Positions 11,056 through 20,486 of a stretch of 40,444 nucleotides of DNA are shown here, in pieces. This DNA comes from Priapulus caudatus (Eukaryota). A program made the translations under genes and the position numbers. Position 1 is the stretch's first letter. Each line of letters opens with the position of its first letter. The notes beneath the pieces were generated by a model. The model did no database searches and was not told the DNA's origin. It saw only the letters and a list, made by a program, of their open reading frames with translations. The DNA lies in contig NW_014577080.1 in the NCBI RefSeq assembly GCF_000485595.1, positions 1 through 40,444 of the forward strand, given 5' to 3'.

Positions 11056-12139
11056 TGTAACGCTGCAAAGCGTTACAGGCCAATAAAGGCTACAAATTCC
11101 CCCCCCACCGCCGACGCAGTACAGATATTATGCGGCTAGATATTGCGCCTGGCCTATGGGGGCCCAATTAGTGAGGCGCAATATCTACGCGGATATTAAT
11201 CGCTCGCGGCTGGATATTACATAGATGTCACTCGCGCTAGATGCGGCTAGATATTGCGCCTGGCCTATGGGGGCCCAGTTAGTGGGCGCAATGTCTACAC
11301 GGATATCGCTCGCGACTGGATGTTACGCCATGGATATTACGCTCTGCTATAGGGGCCCAGGTGGTGCGGCGCATAGATATCAATCATATCTAGTTATTGC
11401 GCCTCACGCATGTGGGCCCAATTAGAGCAGAGGCTTAATATCTAAAGCGGCGTCACATCCGAAGTGGCTTCATATCCCCATATGAGCGCGAATATCGCTC
11501 GCGGCTGGATGTTACGCCCATGGATATTACGCTCTGCCTATAGGGGCCCAGGTGGTGTGGCGCATAGATATCAATCATGTCTAGTTATTGCGCCTCACGC
11601 ATGTGGGCCCAATTAGAGCGGAGGCTTAATATCTAAAGCGGCGTCACATCCGAAGTGGCTTCATATCCCCATATGAACGCGAAGGCATGGCGCATGCTTC
11701 ACGCATACGCCGAGGCCGAGCCGGTTTAGTGACCTGAATCGGTTTATAATTGGTTTGTTGACGCCATGTGAGCCGGTTCAGTAACCTGAATCGTTTATAA
11801 TTGGCTTGTTGACGGCCGATGGTGAGCCGGTTTAGTGACGCTTAATCGTTTATAATTGGCCTGTTGACCCAATACGGCTGCCGGGATGAGTCAGCACATG
11901 CGGCCGCGGGCGTGCCTATGGGTATAAAAGCCGGAGCGCGGGCGCTATCTGGGAGGACTCCGCCAGCAACCGGGCTTTACGACAGGCACGACCGAGCACT
12001 GTAATCTTCACGAATAAAGTACTTCTAGTCATGGTAAATATCTGACTTCTATATCGTATATGTGTTTTGGTTCACACACATTCTACTTCATACATTAATA
12101 ACAGCCTCAACACACTAGCGTTAAAACTAAAAGTTTACA
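11056..12139 (+). mobile_element. 5' LTR (copy 2) of the same Gypsy family
   Basis: Same TGTAACGCTGCAAAGCGTTACAGGC start, TATAAAAG 11923-11930, AATAAA 12013-12018, ends TTTACA; ~189-bp internal tandem duplication (~11303 and ~11492); followed by the same PBS-like site and leader. Confidence 0.9.
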
Positions 12140-12742
12140 TTGATGGCGTGTGAGAGCGATTCGAACCTGGTTGCGCGGCTACTCCCTTGGTACTACCGCT
12201 ACACGATCACTCGGCCATAGCATCGTGCCAAGCACCGTCACTTCAGCGTCTACTGATTCTGACTGACGATCCGGTTACAGCACGGCACAGACGTCCACGT
12301 GAGTAAAGCTAACCTTTGCCGGTTTTGACTTACGAGATTAAGTTAGTTACTGCATACCACTGTACTGTATTATACTGTGTACTGTATGCTGTATTGTAGA
12401 TTACTGTAGTATTACTGTTTCTCATCCATTACTGTCGCCCTTTCCATGCTTAGGCGCGTCGGGTACGAACGCCATGTACACTACGACGGCCTAGCAGCTT
12501 CATAACCATCCTCCATCCTCCCCCTCCTCCTCGCCTTTGTCCTGGCGCTCGTGGTCCCAGTTACGTCATTCATCATTACTGTGCGTACGTGTATCGGTCT
12601 GTCACGCGTGTGCGTGTGGGCGCGTGCGTGTGTGCGTGCCCGCCTCTGTAACTCGCCTGTGGTGCGCGCGCGAACGCGCTTTTGTTGTGCGCGCGTTTTA
12701 CCTGTGTCTTGTCGGGGACAGCTTTAACCCCCGCCTTCTGTT

Positions 12743-13047
12743 ATGACTACGCCGCCGCCCGCGAATACGACATAGCCGATTTGGGCCCACGTATTTAGCG
12801 AATCGTTACGCCCAACCGTTGAATCGGCAAGCAGCTACATTTCAGCATGGGTTAGCGTGTCGCGGAAGCTCGGACTTCGCGTCCCGCGATTTACTGGCGC
12901 AATAACGCGCCACTGTCGATAACATTCGACGACTGGCTTAGTACTCTGAATTGGAGACAGTTGGAATTGTGTCTCGACGCTACGTCGTGTACGCGTTTTG
13001 GACTGTCGACGCTTGGAGGGCATGCTGCTGAGTTTTCTCGCCGCCCT
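12743..13047 (+). pseudogene. gag: Frameshifted, truncated 5' fragment of gag (copy 2)
   Basis: Nearly identical to 7277-~7575 with several small indels; stops abruptly at the hairpin element at 13048. Confidence 0.88.
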
Positions 13048-13226
13048 CATCCGGGTACCCTGGGTCTGCCGTGCGTACACCACAGAAATAGAATAGAAGA
13101 TCTATTCTATTCTATTCTATTCTATTCTATTTTATTCTATTCTATTCTATTCTGTTCTATTCTATTCTATTCTATTTCTGTGGCGTACACTGCGTGTACG
13201 CACGGCAGACCCAGGGTACCCGGATG
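13048..13226. mobile_element. Hairpin element with perfect 33-bp inverted termini and (TTCTA)n core
   Basis: CATCCGGGTACCCTGGGTCTGCCGTGCGTACAC (13048-13080) and exact reverse complement (13194-13226); inner CACAGAAATAGAATAGAA / TTCTATTCTATTTCTGTG. Confidence 0.8.
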
Positions 13227-14133
13227 CGCACAGATGTGTTAGATTTAAATTTACACCACCAGATGGCGCGTACATCACAATTAATAAATTTTTAATTGGA
13301 AATAACTAAGTAGTGTGCACTTTTTCCCACTGACGAGTTTTGAAATCGTTTTCAGTATATTTTTCTCTATTTTTGTGTAAAATTTCATGTAGATGCCGAT
13401 GGGGAGGCACAAAATATGAAAATTAAAGCAGTTTTGGCTGATCACCCAGCGGTCTATGGGAAACCTTTCAAAGAACAGAAGAAATGCCATACGCCATTTC
13501 TAAATGTATTGTTTTGGTATACGAACGGTAGATAATGAATGTTTTCCACAAGAAGAACAGACATTTTACTCATTACTATAAAACATACTATGACTGTAAT
13601 TCGAATTGTGAGTGTAACTGTATTATTTTCATCGTAATATTAAAGTTACGATAGGGTATGGGCTGTCGTAATGTTACCAGGAAATTTGGGACGATTTTCC
13701 ATTGTGGTAACTTTGCGATGTTTCTGTGAACGCTTTTCAAGTGGAACTTAATGTTAATGGTATTGTTAAGACTAATTTTGTTTCTGACAACGGGCCCCAT
13801 GAATGCCAATGCATGACACAATGATAGGCTACATTTACAAACATATGTTAACTATGCATTAAAAGTATTCATTTCCATACACATATACCAATTTTGGGAG
13901 GCTATTTTAATTTGTTTCTACGTGCTGTTACCTCATAACGTTTTTGAAACATTTATTTTGTCATTTGCCCTAGGCGTATTGGAATGGAAATGTGTATGGG
14001 AAATCAGAAAAACATCGCAGGCCCCCAAACTGCAACTGAAGTACACTGATGCATGACTAACCCGACGAGGCTGTGTGACTAACGTGAATATAGCTAACCC
14101 TAGCTAAGACCGTTTGTTACAGTTAACTCATGA

Positions 14134-15060
14134 CATGCCGACATATCGGCGTACGTCACAAAACAGAACATTGCTACAGACTATAAAATGCAGAAGAAAT
14201 ACGCACACGTCATGAACACGACATCATGTAAAAGGCAGCAGCCGACAAGATACTAAGATGCTGAAACATAAAGCCGCCTATGCCGCGGTGACATCCAATA
14301 CATGCATATCATATAACACAAATAAAAAAGCAGTTTCCACCGAGATTTCATGAGGAGTGTATGAGTATTCATACACTCCTGATTTCATTGTGTATGCCAC
14401 TGAGCACGCCACACGATATTAACATCATGAACAATAAAACTGCATACCGCGCAATTACATGTAATACATGATCATAATATGACGCGGTTGAATAGTTAAG
14501 ACCCCAGAAATGCCCAGCCATCTCGCAAACCCCCCAAGTGCAAGCGAACTACACTGCCTACATGCCGACATATCCCCGTACATCACAAAACATAACATTC
14601 CTACAGACTATCAAATGAAGAACACAAGGCAGATGCCACCCAGAATACATCATGGAAAACGGACAGCGCCACACTGTACTCAATCAACAATAAAGCCGCA
14701 TACGGCGCCATTACATGCAATACATACTCATGATATGACACGGTTGAATAGTTAAGACCCCAGAAATGAGCACACATTTCTGAAACATTGGTCATCGCAA
14801 CCCCCCCCCCCTATTGCAACACAACTCGACTGACGACATGCCCAGATATTCGCGTACATCAGAAAACATAACATTGCTACACACTATAAAATGCAGAACA
14901 CATGGGCAGATGGCCAGCACACTACATCATAGAAAAGCAAGTGGCAGACCACACTAACATTATTAAAAATAAAGCCGCATAACGCGGGGTGAAGTGCAAT
15001 ACATACTGGGTACAGCGCGGTTACATGCAATACATCGTTATTATATGAACGCGGTATATA
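14134..15060. repeat. Three diverged tandem copies of a ~280-430-bp unit
   Basis: CATGCCGACATAT..CGTACATCACAAAACATAACATTGCTACAGACTATAAAATGCAGAA recurs at ~14134, ~14561, ~14837. Confidence 0.75.
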
Positions 15061-15067
15061 CACATGG

Positions 15068-15319
15068 TTATATCTCACATGATTTGGACACTCTGCCTGA
15101 CCTAGTCACATACTGGCTAGGCTTGAGCTGTCCATCAGTACTTTCCCTGATACTGTCCTCATGGCAGTTGAAGTTCAGTTCACGGGATGGAATGTCCTGT
15201 TCACGAACTAACTGTCCAGAGTTGGGATGCGCAACTGCTTGCGGGGTGTTCACATGTACTTCGCGATCTGGCGGTTTCTCGACGAAATCCTGCTCAATAT
15301 CTGGGCTAAGCTTGCACAA
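15068..15319 (-). pseudogene. Possible C-terminal pol tail of an unrelated Gypsy-type element
   Basis: YVTRSGRVSK matches the TRSGRxxK motif typical of Gypsy pol C-termini; only one short motif. Confidence 0.4.
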
Positions 15320-15475
15320 GTTTCTGCAGTTTCTTTNNNNNNNNNNTGTCCCAGTATTCCTTCATGGCCTTCGAAAAAATCAAAATGATGGAATTATAAT
15401 TAGATTATATATTATTATAAATTATATACATATATATATACACATATAAATGTATGCTGTTAAATGCATACATAA

Positions 15476-15726
15476 ATGGATGGATGGATGGATAGATGGA
15501 TAGATGGATAGGTGGATAGATGGATGGATGGATAGGTGGATAGGTGGATAGATGGATGGATGGATGGATGGATGGATAGATGTATTGATGGATAGATGGA
15601 TAGATGGATAGATGGATAGATGGATGGATGGATAGATGGATAGATGGATAGATGGATAGATGGATGGATGGATGGATGGATGGATAGATGGATAGATGGA
15701 TAGATAGATAGATGGATGGATGGATG
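15476..15726. repeat. (GATG)n/(GATA)n microsatellite
   Basis: Direct reading. Confidence 0.95.
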
Positions 15727-15949
15727 CCGACCGATGCGTCAAGCGACACTGGTCGACCCAGAGCCTTTTTCGTCGCCTCCCCGCGATCGCCCGTCGACCA
15801 ACGCGTCAGGGACGCTGGTCGACGCAGGGCCTCGTTCGTGCTCTCCGCACGACGACACGCGTGCAGCCAGCGCGGCCAGCACGCCCAGCACTGACAGCTG
15901 GGACTCAGACGATTTATTGCCACTAGCACAAAGTAGCCGACTGAGCTAA
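15727..15949 (+). pseudogene. Putative extreme 3' end of pol preceding env
   Basis: Ser/Pro-rich frame ending [18 protein letters not shown]; CpG-rich composition like gag/pol; lies ~50 bp before the env acceptor. Confidence 0.35.
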
Positions 15950-15997
15950 GGTGCTAAACACGCCACGTTTATGTTAAGTGGCACTTCTCTGTTTCAG

Positions 15998-18123
15998 GAC
16001 GATGGTCAGTTACCACGGTCGCCCTGCTCGTAGTTGCCTCGACGATCCTATCGAAGTCCGAAGACCCACGATGAGAGTGGTTTTTATTCCGAGAGGTCAT
16101 ATCTCGGTCAGCCAGAGCACTTGGGGCCTAGCCTTCACTCTCAACTTCACTTCGATCCAGACGTATCTGCACTCCTTACACAAGGATGTGCGTAAGATGT
16201 ATAGACGGCAGCCAGCGGAAGCACCATATTCCCCTCCCCCGATGATCAATACTTCGCAGCTTTGAACAGGGACATCAGAAATCTCGTGCAAGCCCACATC
16301 GCATGGTTTCGCCAACGCCTACAGGCACTCAATCTCCGTTTAAAGGACCTGCACTCGTTGCATCACTCAAGAGAGAAACGCGCAATAATTGGTGGCCTTG
16401 GTAAACTTGCAAAATTTTTATTCGGTACGGCTACCGATGACGACATTGCGCAACTGCAACGGCAGTTATCCGCATTAGGTACGACACAGGAGCGAATTTT
16501 GACTGTAATCGACGAATCCCTCACCGTCATAAATTATACGCGCATCCAGACAGAAATGAATACGGAGGTGTTGTCGCATGTCATTTCCCACGCCCGTGAC
16601 TTGACCTCGAGTGTGCGCACACTCATGTTTAAAGTAACGGCCTTCCAGGCCTCTGTGGCGCGGGAGTTTATTGCGATTACGCACCTCCAGTTATCCCTTT
16701 CTAGTTTGACAGTAGCATTCGATAACGTTCAAAACACAATTGATACTACGATACACGCCATCTCCGTTTTATTAACGGGCCGATTGCCCGCTACGCTGTT
16801 ACCCCCCCATCAGTTGCGGGAAGCCTTACTTACTATCGAAAACTCGCTACCCCCTACGTTAACTATGCCACACAGCCCTCATGCTGATCTGTTCTACTAT
16901 TATAACCTTATCGAGGCTATCGTAGTCCCTNNNNNNNNNNNNNNNNNNNNNNNNNNNNNNNNNNNNNNNNNNNNNNNNNNNNNNNNNNNNNNNNNNNNNN
17001 NNNNNNNNNNNNNNNNNNNNNNNNNNNNNNNNNNNNNNNNNNNTGCTTGCGTAAGCATCAAGAGATCTGTGATGTAACATCTCCTATTTACCCCATGACG
17101 ACAGCAATTACATGCCCAGTCGCGCTATTTCTCAATGATACCGCTCTGATCTCTACACTATGTGCGAGGCGCGTTACATTTTACGCACGGCCAACGCCGC
17201 GCGCCACCTACCTCGTTGACGGTAGCTGGCTCATTTCTACGCCTCACCCATTACGTTTGGCCATTTCATGCCAGTCAAACCCTACGACGCAGGTGACAAC
17301 TAAAGAGTTTACCGTTCGACAACAACAGACAGTTACGCTCCATTCTGGCTGTAAGGCCGAGTCCAAGTATTTTACCCTGCCATCCTACTTCCACCACGAA
17401 ACTGATGTCGACGTGCGAATCGAATTACCCCCACTCGACCTCCTGTTTTACCGCACGGTCCCTACAATATGGACAGACATTTTGATTTATGATGTGAAAT
17501 GCCTGTCCACCGCCAACTCGGAAGACCTCATCCCACCAGAAGTTGTACCTCCTAGTTCCTACGCCCATACTGACCTTGACGTCGCGTACTCTGACTTAGT
17601 TACTGCCGTCAGGCACACTAAACGCCTACCAGCAGCTACCTCGGCGTACGCCGGGGCGGGCGGTTTACCGATCGCGCCCACCACGTATCACTCCATCGTG
17701 TATATCGGCCTCACGTCCCTGTTGTTCACCCTTATGGTCGTCACGGCATATTGCTATTGCTGTCGGTGCCGTCGACCTCATACCCCCCAACACCAGCCCC
17801 AGTCAAGACCTGCCGATCTTACACCACCCCCTCCCAGACGCATAACAATACAAAGCTACCCGACCACCCCTGCCACGTCAAGACCTCGCTCGCTCTTTTC
17901 CAGTATGCCGCTAACCATTCTCGAACCACAACAGCGAATGGGTTCCTTCGACCCAATAACGCCTACCCTTCAGTCCCACCGCAACGGCTTCCCAGGTCCT
18001 ACCCTTGTTTCCAAGACCCCATCGCCCACCTCGGCAATAGTACGATCCCCCCTAATGTCGATATTACCCAAATACTCTGCGACACGCCTTCCGACCCCCC
18101 ATCCCCAAAGGCTTCCCCACTGA
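15998..18123 (+). pseudogene. env: Envelope glycoprotein, baculovirus-F/errantivirus Env type, with two frameshifts and a gap
   Basis: Signal-peptide-like WSVTTVALLVVASTILS (16003-16053); VVFIPRGHISVSQSTWGLAFTLNF; furin site REKR (16370-16381) then AIIGGLGKLAKFLFGTATDDD fusion peptide; heptad region; GRLPATLLPPHQL; Cys-containing region; TM IVYIGLTSLLFTLMVVTAY then CYCCRC; N-glycan sequons NFT, NYT, NDT. Confidence 0.88.
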
Positions 18124-18605
18124 CTCCCATACTTCACCGGCATATCTCTCTACGGTCCCGCCCAGTGCACCGCTCTACGCCCGCACCAATCCCCTGTCCA
18201 ACACCCCCACCGCGGGTCGTATAGATTCACCTCGGATGTTACATTTCCGTGATTTTCACCGAGCGAGTACCTCATCCATAGCCTCTTATTTTAGTCATAC
18301 CGGCATAAGGATAGTTTTATAGCATGGACGACGTGCAGTGTGTGCACCGCTAGCACTAGTCTTGCTATTCCATAGAGATCATCATGTTACTTTGTTTATT
18401 ACTTTATTCGTAAAGCGCACTATAAGAAAGATGCGCTCGATCTAAATGCATGTATTTCTCAAACGCCGTTTAGAGCAGCCTACTTGTAACCCTGCTTATT
18501 CCGCGGCTTATGTGACCGCGCTCTCTAACCGTTTCACGCCGCTATGCCGGCGGGCCCGCTTATGACATAGTGTCATGTATTATGCTTGTTCATTAATGTT
18601 ATCAG

Positions 18606-19874
18606 GACCATATTGTCCTCAACGGTCACGACGGGCGGGATGCGCTGCTGCCGTCCGCGCCGCAATCTCCACCGCCAGCGGGTGTCGGCGTTGCCTGCAC
18701 CTGCGCCCTCTGCCTTGGCGCCACCTGCCAATGCGCCGATTGCCGCAGCGCTGCCTGCGGCTGCGCCGTCTGCTTAGCGGCCGCTGACGCCTACACCTGT
18801 GCTGCGGTCGCCTGCGAGTGCGCCACCTGCATCGTCGGTGCGGCTTACGCCAACGCTACGTTCCACAACCGCGACTGCGTCGTCACCATCTGCAACTGCG
18901 CCGCCTGCGCCGCCGCCATCTGCAATTGCGCCGCCTGTGCCAAACGGCGGGAACAACATGAGGTTCCCGCCCAGCCGGAGCCGGACGCAGTGTTCGAAAT
19001 TCACGTCGGCCCGTCGGCCCGCCGCCGACAGTTTCGATGCCGGGCCTACAGCTTCTTGATACAACAGGCCCGCTGATCCTACAGCTATTTGATCACCGAA
19101 AATTCGAACACTGAGAAACTGTTACCTGTAGAAATCTGTTCATGCATATTAACTTCCAGGGGTATTTATTTGAAAACTAATCCGTGATAAACCGTGACAT
19201 ACATGTAAACAAGGCGTTCGCCCACTGCAATCAACTTCAGTTGGCATTCAAGAAACGTGCGTGGAATGTTCGGACGCACAGGTTAGCACAGGTTCCTGCA
19301 TTCAGTAGCAGCGTTGGCATACCAAAAATCTATAAGAAGTGGGTGGAGCTTACTTTTGCCCAGTTGTAGTGAACCCTACATTGTGTTGGCCAGGGTTGAT
19401 TTACGTGCACGGGTCGTGCAGCACGCTCACTGTTCACGTGCGCTAGCTTGTGGAGTAATTTTCACATCCCCGCGCATTTCACGTTTGGATGTAAACAATA
19501 AAGTATCACTGGTCGTTATTACAAACGATCAGTATACTGTTTTAAAATAATATTAAGAAGATTTAGATTTTCTGCTCAGTGGCAAACACTGGCCGGACGT
19601 ACAATTTATTGGCGCGGTACCACCGCCGCAGCCATGCGCAGTGCCGAACACCACCCGCAGCGCGGAGGACGGCCGATCACCCATCAACACCTGGGACAGT
19701 GACCGGCCCGTCCCCTACGAGCAGTACCTGCCAATAGCCCCCTTCACCATGGAGGAAGACGAGGACGACGCGCTGCAGGAAGAGCTGCAGCTCCAGTTCG
19801 AGGCCGAGGAAGGAAACCACCCTATCCCGGAGTACCGTGGATCAAGGATAACTCCGACATTAATGGGGAATTAA
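18606..19874 (+). pseudogene. Decayed unknown ORF downstream of env
   Basis: ORF pieces 18586-18777 and 18799-19059 share a frame, as do 19314-19550 and 19641-19874, separated only by isolated stops; Ala/Pro-rich N-terminus, globular-looking middle, acidic C-terminus. Confidence 0.45.
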
Positions 19875-20010
19875 CCCCAAATTCGTTCCGACAAGGGTAA
19901 TAAATCTGAATGCCCGTGGGTGAGTAGCGCGGTACCAGCCGGCTAGAGAACACACGTGACGCAACTACCATGGATGCTCTTTAACAGAAACCCGGATCAG
20001 TGCGGTGCGA

Positions 20011-20142
20011 CACGAGAAAGTGTGTGAAGGGAAGCTGGTAGTGAAACGTGTCGATACCGAGAACCAGCTTGCGGACCTGTTCACGAAGCCGATGCATAAG
20101 CCTCGGTTTATTAAGCTGTGCATTGACATGGGTGTGAAATGA
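20011..20142 (+). pseudogene. Ty1/Copia RNase H C-terminal fragment
   Basis: Translates to HEKVCEGKLVVKRVDTENQLADLFTKPMHKPRFIKLCIDMGVK*, containing the Copia QLADxFTK motif (absent from the ORF track). Confidence 0.9.
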
Positions 20143-20217
20143 TGAACAGATTTCTGTTTAGCTGCGTGCGAGCATGAACGGTTCTTTCAACGAGTCGGTT
20201 CAGTAAAAATTAGTATT

Positions 20218-20225
20218 AGGGGAAG
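20218..20225 (+). promoter_or_regulatory. Polypurine tract of the Copia element
   Basis: AGGGGAAG immediately before TGTTGAG. Confidence 0.8.
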
Positions 20226-20486
20226 TGTTGAGTTTTGATATTCAGTGCTGCCATCTACTGTAGGTGGTAATACCTAATCTTACTAAAGAGCTAGTCTTCC
20301 GGTAGATATGGCGACTGTGCTGTTAACACGCTTTTGTCTTACAAAATAAATGCCTAGTTGATAAAACTTAACAGATAAGTCGCGAGCCACACATTTTGTA
20401 TAAATATATCAGTATTTTTGAGTAAGAAGTAGAGTCAACTGAGTTGCGTAGACTACACGCACCTACCGAGCAGGCACCGCCACATA

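Noticed and set aside
5706..12139. LTR1 and LTR2 as the two ends of one provirus
   Set aside because: LTR2 is preceded by (TA)n rather than a PPT, is followed by PBS and gag, and has a divergent U3
15405..15929. Minus-strand [14 protein letters not shown] ORFs
   Set aside because: Translation of the GATG/GATA microsatellite
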